Positions 1 to 9,201 of a stretch of 64,000 nucleotides of DNA are shown piece after piece. The first letter of the stretch is position 1. Each line of letters opens with the position of its first letter. A model generated the notes under the pieces. The model was not told where the DNA came from. It saw nothing but the letters and a program-made list of their open reading frames with translations, and made no database searches. Position numbers and translations under genes: made by a program. The DNA comes from Planctomycetota bacterium (GTDB lineage: Bacteria; Planctomycetota; UBA11346), in assembly GCA_038231435.1 (NCBI GenBank), contig JBBRLJ010000024.1, positions 26,546-90,545 of the forward strand, in the 5' to 3' direction.

Positions 1-97
1 TGCCGAAGCCCTGGCTGAATTGGATGGCGAACGGGCTGAGGTGGTGCACCCAGAAATGCTGGTCGCCGGGTTGGACGAACACCGAGGGATCCGCCAT
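1..97 (-). CDS. lgt: Prolipoprotein diacylglyceryl transferase, N-terminal part (runs off window)
   Basis: Hand translation MADPSVFVQPGDQHFWVHHLSPFAIQFSQGFG resembles the Lgt N-terminus just before the IRWYG motif; AGGAG upstream of the ATG. Only 32 codons visible. Confidence 0.6.
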   Translation of the reverse strand, partial: MADPSVFVQPGDQHFWVHHLSPFAIQFSQGFG

Positions 98-318
98 GGT
101 CGATGCACTCCTGCCCGGATGTTCCGCTCGATGCTGGCGGCCGTGTCCGGTCGGCGGTTATGGCCCAGCGCCAGCTGAAGGAAAGCGTTGCCCCCGGGAT
201 CCACGGTTCGACGAGGTTCGCGCATGGACAGCGGCGCGTCGCGCTTAGAGTGCCGCCCTCCCGCGCCAGTGTTCTCTCCTTGCCGCGGGTACGGCCACCG
301 CCACCGATCGGATTCCCC

Positions 319-1446
319 ATGCCCAGCCCAATTCGCGCCATTGCCATGTTCACGGCTTCCCGATTAGCGCTCGCGTGCGCCTTGGTCCTCTTGGTGTGCT
401 CGTCAGGTTCCGCGGCCACCATCGATGAATTCCCGGTGGTGGGGATCCTGCCGGATGGAGTGACTTCGGGTCCGGATGGAGCGTTGTGGTTCGTGGAGAG
501 CGGCCGCTACGCGCGCATGACCACCACCGGCACGCTCGTCGAATTCGCCTTCCCCGTCGGCACGCCGCGCTTGGTGAATGTCGCAACCGGAGCCGATGGC
601 CGGCTGTGGAGCTGCGAGCGCTCGACCGGCAAGCTCGCCGCCATCACCGTTGGCGGCACCATCACCGAATACCCGGTGACCACCGTCGGAGCCGTGCCGT
701 ACGGCATCTGCAGCGTCACCGCTGGCGACCTGTGGTTTTGCGAGCAGGGGGCCGACGCCATCGGTTCCAGCACCACCGCGGGCGTGATCACCGAGTATCC
801 GATCGCGACCGGCGCGCAGCCGCGCTACATCTGCGTGGGTTCCGACGGCGCCCTGTGGTTCACCATGACCGGCCTGAACAAGATCGGGCAGATCACCACC
901 GCAGGCGCCGCCACCAGCTTTCCGGCCGGCGCCCTGTCGCAGCCGATCGGCATCTGCGCCGGGCCTGATACGGCGCTATGGTTCACCGAGCCGGGGAGCA
1001 ACCAGATCGGCCGCATGACCACCGCTGGAGCGCTCACCGAGTACCCGCTCCCCACCGCCGGAGCCACGCCGTACGGCATCTGCGTCGGACCCGATGGAGC
1101 CATGTGGTTCTGCGAGAACGGCGCCAACCAGATCGGGCGTATCACCACCGCCGGTGTGATCACCGAAGTCGCGCTGCCCACCGCCAGCGCCGCGCCCACC
1201 GACGTGGTTGCGGGCCCGGATGGCAATCTGTGGATCACCGAGGAGGCGGCCGGCAAGCTCGCCCGGCTCAACCCGACCACCGTCGCGGTCACCACCACCA
1301 CGGGCACGACGACCGCGACCGGCGGCACCACCGGCCCGGTGGTCTATCCCGCTAGCGGCAGCGGCCGTGGTTGCGGCCTGGGCTCGGGAGCGCTCGCCAT
1401 CCTGGCCATGGTCCTGATGCTCGGCCGGTTGCGCGCGCGCCGCTGA
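319..1446 (+). CDS. Secreted Vgb (virginiamycin B lyase)-like beta-propeller with C-terminal sorting tail
   Basis: Signal peptide; ~42-aa repeats PxGIxxGPDGALWFxE; Thr/Gly linker, GCGLGSG, hydrophobic helix, RLRARR. Start is 319 or 346. Confidence 0.8.
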   Translation: MPSPIRAIAMFTASRLALACALVLLVCSSGSAATIDEFPVVGILPDGVTSGPDGALWFVESGRYARMTTTGTLVEFAFPVGTPRLVNVATGADGRLWSCERSTGKLAAITVGGTITEYPVTTVGAVPYGICSVTAGDLWFCEQGADAIGSSTTAGVITEYPIATGAQPRYICVGSDGALWFTMTGLNKIGQITTAGAATSFPAGALSQPIGICAGPDTALWFTEPGSNQIGRMTTAGALTEYPLPTAGATPYGICVGPDGAMWFCENGANQIGRITTAGVITEVALPTASAAPTDVVAGPDGNLWITEEAAGKLARLNPTTVAVTTTTGTTTATGGTTGPVVYPASGSGRGCGLGSGALAILAMVLMLGRLRARR

Positions 1447-1525
1447 CCGGCCTGTACGAGGGCGCATGTCATGGTTCCGCACAGCCGGTTCTGACCGTCG
1501 TCCGCTCCCGTGAGGGCCATCGCCG

Positions 1526-1984
1526 TCAGCTGGTGAGCGCCTGTCCGCTCTCGAGCTCCCACAGGCCGAGGCCGTGCAGGGTGAACATGACGTTGTCGCC
1601 GAGCCCGGCCTCGAGCGCCTTGAGCTCGTCAGAGCGCACCAGCACGAACTGCAGGTCGGCGGCATCGACGTAGATCAGGCCGGCCTCGTCGAGCCGGGTG
1701 ATCAGGCCGCGCACCTGGTAGTCGCCCTGGGGCTCGAGCGGGGTCAGCATCGGCACCATGGTGCCGCGGTGCTTCCAGATGCGCAGATCGCTGATCGCGG
1801 CCTGGCTGATCTCGACCTGCAGGTCGGCGCCGACCTTCCATCCGAAGCGCCGGCGCGAGGCCGGCACCAGCACCGCGGTGCCGTCGCCCAGCGCGCAGCC
1901 GAAACGCACCACGTAGCCCTTGGTGTCTCCACCGGGAACCGTGACCTCGTCGAGCGAGGGGATGTCCTTGATGACGATCTTCAC
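1526..1984 (-). CDS. Hypothetical protein, possibly tandem OB/TOBE-like domains
   Basis: GTG start (VKIVIKDIP); two beta-rich segments ending GWKVGADLQVEI and LEAGLGDNVMFTL. Confidence 0.55.
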   Translation of the reverse strand: MKIVIKDIPSLDEVTVPGGDTKGYVVRFGCALGDGTAVLVPASRRRFGWKVGADLQVEISQAAISDLRIWKHRGTMVPMLTPLEPQGDYQVRGLITRLDEAGLIYVDAADLQFVLVRSDELKALEAGLGDNVMFTLHGLGLWELESGQALTS

Positions 1985-2004
1985 TCGTGTTTTCGCCGGC
2001 TCAC
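1981..2004 (-). CDS. Bridging mini-ORF, 7 aa (MSRRKHE)
   Basis: GTGA overlap with the hydrolase stop and GTGA overlap with the 1984 start. Confidence 0.35.
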   Translation of the reverse strand: MSRRKHE

Positions 2005-2813
2005 GGCTGGGAACTCTCGGCGGCGCCGCGATGCCCGGGATCGCAGAACGAGGCCTCGGCCTCAGGCGCGCGCGCATGCTCCTGGATGAAGGGCACGATG
2101 CGCTCGAGCGCGGCCTTGCCGCCGCGATCCATGGGGTTCTCGACGAACTGGTGGCCCAGGCCGCTGAGCACGGCGAGCGCGCTCTCCTCACCGCCCTCGA
2201 CCACCTTGAGGTGGAAGCGGTGCGCGAGCTTGGCCGGCACCTCGGCATCGGCGTCGCCGTGCAGCAGCAGCAGCGGCGGGAAGGCCTCGGGGCGGATGTG
2301 TAGCGGGCTCAGCGCATGGCGCTGGGTACCTGCGAACTGGTCGATGGCCTTGGCCAGGGTCCCCGCCATGCCGTCGCCGTGATCGAGCGAGGGGGTGACG
2401 CCGCAGGCGATGGCGCCGCGCACGCGCAGCTTTGGATCCTCGCCGAGCTGGGCCGCGAGCGTCAGCGCGAGCAGGCTGCCCGAGCCGCTGCCGAGCAGGA
2501 TCAGCGAGCGTCCGTCCATGCCGTTGACCGCGGAATCGTCGAGGATCTTCACGATCGCGCCGCGGATCTCGTCGATCAGGTCCTGTCCGGCGCGAGCGCC
2601 ATCCGCGAAGGAGCGGAAATCGATCGTCGCGGAGGCGATGCGGCTCTCGGCCAGTGCGAGGCAGAGCAGGCGCAGGTCCTCGTTACGGCCCTGGCTCCAC
2701 CAACCGCCGTGCAGGCAGATGGTGAGCGCGGATTCCTCGGACCCTTCTGGGATGAAGAGATCGTAGTGGTTACGGGCGTGGGGCCCGTACGGAACCTTGA
2801 GGGCGCAGTACAT
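2001..2813 (-). CDS. Alpha/beta hydrolase fold protein (HSL/kynurenine formamidase-like), nucleophile apparently lost
   Basis: HGGWW oxyanion motif, LLHGDADAEVP, GLGH; the elbow reads GSGSGS instead of GxSAGG. Confidence 0.8.
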   Translation of the reverse strand: MYCALKVPYGPHARNHYDLFIPEGSEESALTICLHGGWWSQGRNEDLRLLCLALAESRIASATIDFRSFADGARAGQDLIDEIRGAIVKILDDSAVNGMDGRSLILLGSGSGSLLALTLAAQLGEDPKLRVRGAIACGVTPSLDHGDGMAGTLAKAIDQFAGTQRHALSPLHIRPEAFPPLLLLHGDADAEVPAKLAHRFHLKVVEGGEESALAVLSGLGHQFVENPMDRGGKAALERIVPFIQEHARAPEAEASFCDPGHRGAAESSQP

Positions 2814-2866
2814 GTGGCCGGCACTATAGGGGTTGGGGTGACGGGGCCAGGGGGTCCCAGCCCCAC

Positions 2867-4624
2867 CTACATACGCTCGGGAGCCTTCAGTCCGAGCAGG
2901 CGTAACCCCTCACCGAGCGCGCCGCGCGCGGCGCGGACCAGGGCCAGGCGGGCCGATGCGGTCGCGGCGTCGGGGCAGAGCACCCGCAGGTCCGGGTCGT
3001 GGTTGCCGGCGGTCAGCCAGCCGGCGATCGCCGAGGCCAGCGCCAGTAGCGCCTGCGCCAACGCGCTCGGCTCGTCGCTCTCGGCCACGCGCTCGAGCGC
3101 CGCGCGCAGGCGCGCGATCGCCAGCAGCACCGACTTCTCGGCCTCGAGCGTCAGCCGGCGCGGATCCGCCGTGACGGGGGCCGGGTGCAGATCGGGGAAC
3201 TTGCGCTCGATCGAGCACAGCCGCGCGTGCGCGAACTGCAGGTACGGGCCGGTCTCGCCGTCGAATCGCAGCGCTTCCTCGAACTTGAACTTCACATCGT
3301 TCATGCGCGAGTTCTTCAGGTCGTTGAAGACCACGGCGCCGACGCCCACGGCGTGGGCGATCGCCTCGCGCTCCTCGCCGACGATCTCGGGATTCTTCTC
3401 GGCCACGATCGCGCGCGCGCGGTCGATGCCCTCCTGGAGCACGTCCATGAGCATCATCGGCACGCCCTTGCGGGTCGCGGTCTTCTCCCAGGCCGAGGTC
3501 TCCTCGTTCCACATCAGCACCAGGCCATGCGCGACATGGCGCAGGCGGTCGGCGTACGGCCGGCCGAGCAGCTTCGCGACCGCGAACCACTCCTTGAAGT
3601 GCAGGTTCTGGCCGACGTCGACCTCGTAGATCGAGCGGTCGAAGCGGTAGCGCGCGAATCGATCGTCGCAGGCCGCGAGATCGCGGGTCGCGTACAGGCT
3701 GCCGCCGTCCGAGCGCAGGATCAGGCAGGGCTTCTTCATGCCCACCGAGGTCAAGTCGACGACCTGGGCGCCCTGGTCCTCCTTCAAGAGGCCCTTCTCA
3801 CGCAGCTCGGCCACGATTGGCCCCATGGCGTTGCGGTAGTGCGCTTCACCGTTCCAGTCGTCGAAGCGCACGCCCAGGATGGCGTAGATCTGCTGGCAGG
3901 CGGCTACGCTGACATCCCGGATGGTCTGCCACAGCGCCAGCGCCTCGGCATCGCCGTCCTCGCACTTGCGCGACCACAGCCGCGCCTCCTGCTCGACCGT
4001 CGGATCCTCCTTCTCGAGGCGCGAGATGCGCACGTAGAGCTGGTTGAGGAAGCCGACCTTGTCGGGCGAGGCCTCGAGCGCGGCCATGGTCAGACCCTCG
4101 CGCTTCCAGCCGGCGATCAGGCGCCCGAAGGCGGTGCCCCAGTCGCCGAGGAAGTTGATGCGCACCACTGTCCAGCCCGCCGCCTCGTAGATGCCGGCGA
4201 GGGCGTTGCCGATCATGGTCGAGCGGATGTGGTGGAAGGCCATGTGCTTCGCGATGTTCGGCGACGAGAAGTCGATGCACGCGGTGCGCCCGGCGCCGAC
4301 CTGCGACCGCAGCGCCTGTCGTGGGTCCGCCAGCTCCGGCAGTAACGTGGCCGCGACCGCAGCAGCCGAGAAGGTGATGTTGAGGAACGGGCCCGAGGCG
4401 GCCACGGTCACGCCGAGATCCGCCGCAGCGATGACGCCGGCGAGCTCCGCCGCCATCGCCGGCGGGGCCATGCCCTTGGCCTTGGCCAGCTGGAAGCAGG
4501 GCAGCGCGATGTCTGCCGGGACGCCCTTGGCCGGCGGAGCGTAGAGCCCGGCGACCTTTTCGATCGGCAGGCCGACATGCGCGGCGACGCGCGCGCTGAT
4601 GGGCGTGGTGAGGATGTCCAGCAT
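2867..4624 (-). CDS. argS: Arginine-tRNA ligase
   Basis: DFSSPNIAK, INFLGDWGT, GGSLYATRDLA, FDGETGPYLQFAHARLCSI, C-terminal GLRLLGLKAPERM. Confidence 0.97.
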   Translation of the reverse strand: MLDILTTPISARVAAHVGLPIEKVAGLYAPPAKGVPADIALPCFQLAKAKGMAPPAMAAELAGVIAAADLGVTVAASGPFLNITFSAAAVAATLLPELADPRQALRSQVGAGRTACIDFSSPNIAKHMAFHHIRSTMIGNALAGIYEAAGWTVVRINFLGDWGTAFGRLIAGWKREGLTMAALEASPDKVGFLNQLYVRISRLEKEDPTVEQEARLWSRKCEDGDAEALALWQTIRDVSVAACQQIYAILGVRFDDWNGEAHYRNAMGPIVAELREKGLLKEDQGAQVVDLTSVGMKKPCLILRSDGGSLYATRDLAACDDRFARYRFDRSIYEVDVGQNLHFKEWFAVAKLLGRPYADRLRHVAHGLVLMWNEETSAWEKTATRKGVPMMLMDVLQEGIDRARAIVAEKNPEIVGEEREAIAHAVGVGAVVFNDLKNSRMNDVKFKFEEALRFDGETGPYLQFAHARLCSIERKFPDLHPAPVTADPRRLTLEAEKSVLLAIARLRAALERVAESDEPSALAQALLALASAIAGWLTAGNHDPDLRVLCPDAATASARLALVRAARGALGEGLRLLGLKAPERM

Positions 4625-4716
4625 GTGCTCTCGAGTAGGGCTCGCGGGCGACAGCGCTCGCGGGGCGACAGCTTGCCGCGCGATCGACGTCCGCAAGGAC
4701 GCACGCCCCACGCGGA

Positions 4717-4744
4717 TTGCGGTGGCGAGCCGCGCGCCTATTTT
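4717..4744 (+). promoter_or_regulatory. Putative sigma70 promoter of a leaderless mRNA
   Basis: TTGCGG-16 nt-TATTTT, then 6 nt to ATG 4751. Confidence 0.5.
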
Positions 4745-4750
4745 CCGCCC

Positions 4751-6280
4751 ATGACCGCATCGCGTGTATCGAGGATGGCGCTAGTGACGGCCATGCCGGT
4801 GGCGTTGGCGTGGCTGACGGCCTGCGCTGGCGACCAGCCGAGGCCGGAGGCCTCGCCCACGCTCACGCCAGCGTCCACGCCCACCCCCAGCGTCCGCGAC
4901 CTGTTCAACCAGCGATCCCAAGGGCTGGTGGTGCTTGCGCTCACGGACGACTCGGACGGCGCTTTTCTGCCGCGCCTCGAGGCCATGCGCGAGCTCCGCC
5001 GCGCGCGGTTCAGTGGATGCGCATCCGCCCTGGTCGTGCGCGCCGAACGCAGTCGGACCGATATCGAGCAGGCCGAGGCGCTCGACACCCTATTCGCCTG
5101 CTATCCGCGCGAGGCCTCGGCCGCGGTGGCGCGTCTCGCCGAGGCGTTCGCAGGCGAGACCGCCGAGGAACGGCGCCTGGCCGACGTCATCCTCACGCAC
5201 CGCGACGCCGAGCACTACGGCGTCGCCCTGCGCCTGCTCAGGGTCGCGAACGGGCCTGAGCCGCTGTTCCACGTGCGCCACGAGATCGTCGCCTGCGGCG
5301 AGCCGATGCTCGACCAGCTGCGGCCGCTGATCGCCGACGGCCCGCTCGGCGCGCTGGCGCGCATGCTCGCCGCCGCGATCAGTGGCGGTGGCGACCTCGA
5401 CGGTGACCTGTCGGCACTGCGCGCCGCGGGCTTTCCGCACGAGGCGCTGCGGGCATTCGTCGAGCTCCACCACCAGGCTGCGATCCCGGGGCTGCGCGCG
5501 GCGCTCGATGCCGATGGCCCCGATCGCGCCGAAGCGGTGCTCGCCCTGGGCGAACTCGGAGACGGGACCTCGTCGGACGCCATCCGCGCCTGCCTGCGCG
5601 CGGCCGAGGATGTCGGCACCCGCTGCGCGTGCCTGCTGGCGCTCGGCCAGCTGGGAATCGCCGAGGCCGCGCCCGACCTGATCGCTGCGTGCGACGACGC
5701 CACCGAGATTCCGGGCGCCACCTACAAGGCCGGCCGCACCGTGTATGGCGGCCCGACCCGGCCGGTGGCGCAGGCCGCGGTCGCCGGTCTGGCGAAGATG
5801 CCCGGCGAAGCCGCGTACGAGGCGTTGACCTCGGCGCTGCGCCGCTCGGACCGTCCGCTGCTCGTCGAGGCCGCCGCCGCCGCGCTATCGATGCGCGGCG
5901 ACGCGCGCGCGGTGCCCGAGCTCGAGCGCGCCCAGGAAGCGCTTGCGCGCGAGGGCCATGCGGCGGAATTCACCGTGGCCGACGCGATCGCCGCGCTCTC
6001 CGGCCATCGCCGCGAGCGCGGCGGCGTGCTGGTCTACGTGGTCTCGTACCGCGACGGCGGCAAGCCCTTCACCATCATCGTCGACCAGCCGCTGCTGCCG
6101 GTCGACGGCCCCGGCCAGGTGCTGCTCGGGGCGATGGAGCCGTGCTCGGTCAGCCAGGAATCCTTCACGCTCACCGAGGACGAGATCGCCGCCGCCATCA
6201 ACATGCGCAACCACCGCACCCTCGACCGGCTCGGGTTCGGCGGGCAGCACGTGGACGACGTGGATCTGTTGGCGCGCTGA
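4751..6280 (+). CDS. HEAT/PBS-lyase repeat lipoprotein
   Basis: Lipobox LTAC; repeats AVLALGELGD, LLALGQLG, AAAALSMRGDARAVPEL. Confidence 0.75.
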   Translation: MTASRVSRMALVTAMPVALAWLTACAGDQPRPEASPTLTPASTPTPSVRDLFNQRSQGLVVLALTDDSDGAFLPRLEAMRELRRARFSGCASALVVRAERSRTDIEQAEALDTLFACYPREASAAVARLAEAFAGETAEERRLADVILTHRDAEHYGVALRLLRVANGPEPLFHVRHEIVACGEPMLDQLRPLIADGPLGALARMLAAAISGGGDLDGDLSALRAAGFPHEALRAFVELHHQAAIPGLRAALDADGPDRAEAVLALGELGDGTSSDAIRACLRAAEDVGTRCACLLALGQLGIAEAAPDLIAACDDATEIPGATYKAGRTVYGGPTRPVAQAAVAGLAKMPGEAAYEALTSALRRSDRPLLVEAAAAALSMRGDARAVPELERAQEALAREGHAAEFTVADAIAALSGHRRERGGVLVYVVSYRDGGKPFTIIVDQPLLPVDGPGQVLLGAMEPCSVSQESFTLTEDEIAAAINMRNHRTLDRLGFGGQHVDDVDLLAR

Positions 6281-6384
6281 ACACGGCATTCGAGGTCGAT
6301 GTCGGCGTTGGCTCACCCTAGCTGTGGAAGCCCACAGCGTCGGGATCGCCGCCTTGGCCTCGGCCTCGACTGCCGTGTTCAGCG
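6275..6384. repeat. 110-bp imperfect palindrome (REP/MITE-like)
   Basis: 29-bp arms with 25 matches, outer 14 bp perfect (CGCTGAACACGGCA / TGCCGTGTTCAGCG); inner hairpin GCTGTGG/CCACAGC. Confidence 0.7.
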
Positions 6385-6478
6385 TGAATGCGATCAATGC
6401 GTGATGAGGCTAAGCCAACCTGTTCCCTGTTTTGTGGGGGCCAGGCCGGCGGCCGTTCCAGGGGAGCGCAGCCCCAGA

Positions 6479-6499
6479 GGTGCCGCGCTCCGCGGCACC
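6479..6499. terminator. GC hairpin downstream of glyQS
   Basis: GGTGCCGCG-CTC-CGCGGCACC between convergent genes; no clear U-tract. Confidence 0.4.
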
Positions 6500-6509
6500 G
6501 GACCGCATG

Positions 6510-8270
6510 TCATCCCTGACCGAGGCGTGTGCGTATCTGCGCGGGAATGTCAGTGGCCGGCAGGCGGACCTGGATGGTGGTGTCGCGGTCGCGCAGCGTG
6601 ACGGTGTCGTCTACGAGCGACTGGCTATCGACGGTAACGCACCAGGGCGTACCGATCTCGTCGTGCTTGGCGTAACGCTTGCCGATCGCGTGCTTCTCAT
6701 CGTACTTCGAACGAAGGCCTGCTTTGAGCAGGGCTGCGATGATCTCGCGCGCCACTTCAGGCATGCCGTCCTTCTTCACCAGCGGCAGCACCGCGCAGGT
6801 GATCGGCGCGAGGCGCGGGTGCAGGCGCAGCACGGTACGCGTCACCGGCTTGTTCTCGGCGTCGACGCGCTCCTCTTCATGGTAGGCGTCGAGCAGGAAG
6901 GCCAGCACCGCGCGCGTCGCGCCCGCGGCGGGCTCGATCACGTACGGCTTGTAGGCCCAGGGCTTCTTGCCGGTCACGGGATCGGCTTTCTCCTGATCGA
7001 CGTAGCGCAGCTTTTGACCACTGTGGGTCTCGTGTTGGGTGAGGTCGTGGTCGGTGCGCGAGGCGATGCCCTCGAGCTCGCCCCAGCCCCAGGGGTAGTT
7101 GTATTCGACGTCGTAGCAGTCGTCGGCGTAGAAGGCCATCTCGTCGGCCGCGTGCTGGCGAAAGCGGAAGTGGGATGGGTAGTTCGCGAAGCGCTGCCAC
7201 CAGTCCATGCGCGCCTGCTTCCAGTACGTCATCCACTCCTTCTGCGTCCCGGGCTCGCAGAAGAACTCCATCTCCATCTGCTCGAACTCGCAGGAGCGGA
7301 AGATGAAGTGCTCGACCGTTACCTCGTTGCGGAAGCTCTTGCCCATCTGCGCGATGCCGAAGGGCGGTTTGAGCGACTGCGAGTCCATGACGTTCTTGAA
7401 CTGCACGAACATCGCCTGGGCGGTCTCGGGGCGCAGGTAGGCCATGCTCGGGCCGGTGACCAGCTCAATCGCGCCGCGCAGGATCTTGGCGCGGTCGTTG
7501 GCGGCGAGCGCCTTGGCGATCGCGCCTTCGTCGGCGTCTTTGCCGAAGCGCGCTTTAACGGCCGCGACCAGGTCCGGTGCTGTGGTCAGGTCGGCCATCA
7601 GCTGGGCCACGTCCTGCATCGGATCCACGGCGCCAAGGGCGACGCGGAACATCAGGTTGAACTGGCGCTCGTCGCTCAGGAACGGCGAGCCGAACGATGG
7701 CGACACGTAGCCGCGCCACGGGAAGGTCTTCGCCGCGGCGGTGGCGCCTTTGGGGAAGAAACCGATCGTCACCGCATCGATGGCGCGCATGCCGCGCAGC
7801 ACGTTGCCGTCGCGCTCGAGCGCGACCGCGAAGCGCTTCTCGATCAGCTCGGCCCAGGTCTTGGCCACGCCCTTGTCGGGGCAGGTGATGGGCAGCTCGT
7901 CGCCCGGCGCCGGACGGGGAGCCTTGTCGGCGCGGAAGCGCTCCTGCGAGACCAGGTCGTCGACCAGCGGATCGCTGAAGCCGGCGGCGTGGCCGGAGGC
8001 GCGCCAGACTTCCGGTCGCATGATGATCGAGGCATCGATGCCGACCACGTTCTCGCGCGTGGTCACCATGTCGCGCCACCACTCGGACATGATGTTGCGC
8101 TTGAGCTCGGCGCCGAGCGGACCGTAGTCGTACGCGCTCTTGAGTCCGCCGTAGATCTCGGAGCTCTGGAACACGAAGCCGCGGTTCTTGCACAGCGCCA
8201 CCAGCTTCTTCATCACATCGTCGGGCCGCTTGCCCTGGAAGGCGGCGGCTGCGGGGGCTGGATCGCTCAT
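6510..8270 (-). CDS. glyQS: Glycine-tRNA ligase, alpha2 type
   Basis: RGFVFQSSEIYGG, YDYGPLG, YLRPETAQ, GKSFRNE, EFEQME, ELEGIA, IGKRYAKHDEIGTP; GAGGT RBS. Confidence 0.97.
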   Translation of the reverse strand: MSDPAPAAAAFQGKRPDDVMKKLVALCKNRGFVFQSSEIYGGLKSAYDYGPLGAELKRNIMSEWWRDMVTTRENVVGIDASIIMRPEVWRASGHAAGFSDPLVDDLVSQERFRADKAPRPAPGDELPITCPDKGVAKTWAELIEKRFAVALERDGNVLRGMRAIDAVTIGFFPKGATAAAKTFPWRGYVSPSFGSPFLSDERQFNLMFRVALGAVDPMQDVAQLMADLTTAPDLVAAVKARFGKDADEGAIAKALAANDRAKILRGAIELVTGPSMAYLRPETAQAMFVQFKNVMDSQSLKPPFGIAQMGKSFRNEVTVEHFIFRSCEFEQMEMEFFCEPGTQKEWMTYWKQARMDWWQRFANYPSHFRFRQHAADEMAFYADDCYDVEYNYPWGWGELEGIASRTDHDLTQHETHSGQKLRYVDQEKADPVTGKKPWAYKPYVIEPAAGATRAVLAFLLDAYHEEERVDAENKPVTRTVLRLHPRLAPITCAVLPLVKKDGMPEVAREIIAALLKAGLRSKYDEKHAIGKRYAKHDEIGTPWCVTVDSQSLVDDTVTLRDRDTTIQVRLPATDIPAQIRTRLGQG

Positions 8271-8460
8271 GGGGACCTCGGAATGGGGAGACACAGGGTA
8301 AATCGCGCGGGTGGGGGGCAAGGGTTTGTGGTTGGTGGTGGATGGTCGGCGTGGGATCGGATGGTGGACGACGGCGACGGCGATGGCGAATGGAGACGGG
8401 TTGATGGTCGGGAGCTGACGTGGCGCGGCGGGAGCGCCTACCGCGCGATGCGCGGCGGGC

Positions 8461-8466
8461 TATGCT
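8461..8466 (+). promoter_or_regulatory. Putative -10 box, leaderless tsaB
   Basis: TATGCT exactly 6 nt before ATG 8473. Confidence 0.5.
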
Positions 8467-8472
8467 CGCGGA

Positions 8473-9201
8473 ATGCTGTTGGCCTTCGAAACCGTGGCGC
8501 GGACGGCATCGGCGTGCGTGTGCGCCGATGACGGGACCGTCACGCAATACCGGGATCTCGCCGGCGGCGAGGCAGAGATCGGCCTGGTGCGCATGCTCCA
8601 AGAGCTCATCGAGACGCACGGCAGGCCCAGCGCCGTGGCGGTGGCCGCTGGCCCCGGCAGCTTCACCGGCCTGCGCATCGGAGTGACTGCCGCGCGCACG
8701 CTGGGCTGGATCGACGCCGTGCCCGTGCACCCCGTCGACAGCCTGCGCGCGCGCGCCTTGCAGCAGGGCGATGGCTTGTGGTGGGTGCTGATGCCGCTCA
8801 AGCGCGACACCTTCTTCCATGGCCTCTTCGAGGTCGTGGGCGGCCGCATCGAGGCGCTGGTCGAGACCGTTGCGGTGGATGACGCGGCCGAGCCCGCGCC
8901 GCATCCCCGCTTGCGCGAGGCCACCGCCATCGGTGCGCTGGTGGGCGCGCGTCCGCGGACCATCGCACGCTGGTGCCCACAGGCCGTGCTCGGTTCGCCA
9001 GCCGGGCTGGACGCGCGCGGCGTCGCGCTCGCCGCCCGCCTGGTGCCCGCGGTGCCCTGGAATCTGGTCCTGCCCGACTACCATCAGGACGCCGCCCCGG
9101 TGCTGCAGCGCGCCCGCGCGCTGCTCTCCACTGGGATCCCGGCCACCGCGATCCCGGCATCGCCGACCACGGACCACGGACCACGGACCACGGACACCTG
9201 A
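8473..9201 (+). CDS. tsaB: tRNA t6A biosynthesis protein TsaB
   Basis: LLAFET, GPGSFTGLRIG. Confidence 0.92.
   Translation: MLLAFETVARTASACVCADDGTVTQYRDLAGGEAEIGLVRMLQELIETHGRPSAVAVAAGPGSFTGLRIGVTAARTLGWIDAVPVHPVDSLRARALQQGDGLWWVLMPLKRDTFFHGLFEVVGGRIEALVETVAVDDAAEPAPHPRLREATAIGALVGARPRTIARWCPQAVLGSPAGLDARGVALAARLVPAVPWNLVLPDYHQDAAPVLQRARALLSTGIPATAIPASPTTDHGPRTTDT
9165..9195 (+). repeat. Heptamer tandem repeat (GACCACG)x4 in the tsaB 3' end
   Basis: Four perfect copies plus GAC. Confidence 0.9.

Noticed and set aside
319..1446. Streptogramin resistance gene vgb
   Set aside because: Signal peptide and membrane tail indicate a surface propeller; the fold alone does not imply resistance.
2576..2866. 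Bridge ORF between argS and the hydrolase
   Set aside because: A GTG follows the argS stop, but the frame runs 96 codons into the next gene rather than stopping at its start.
6281..6509. SRP, 6S or tRNA gene in this spacer
   Set aside because: No SRP helix-8 motif or cloverleaf; kept only as a palindrome.
8271..8460. T-box or riboswitch upstream of glyQS (also checked argS)
   Set aside because: No T-box consensus or antiterminator seen; the leaders look short.
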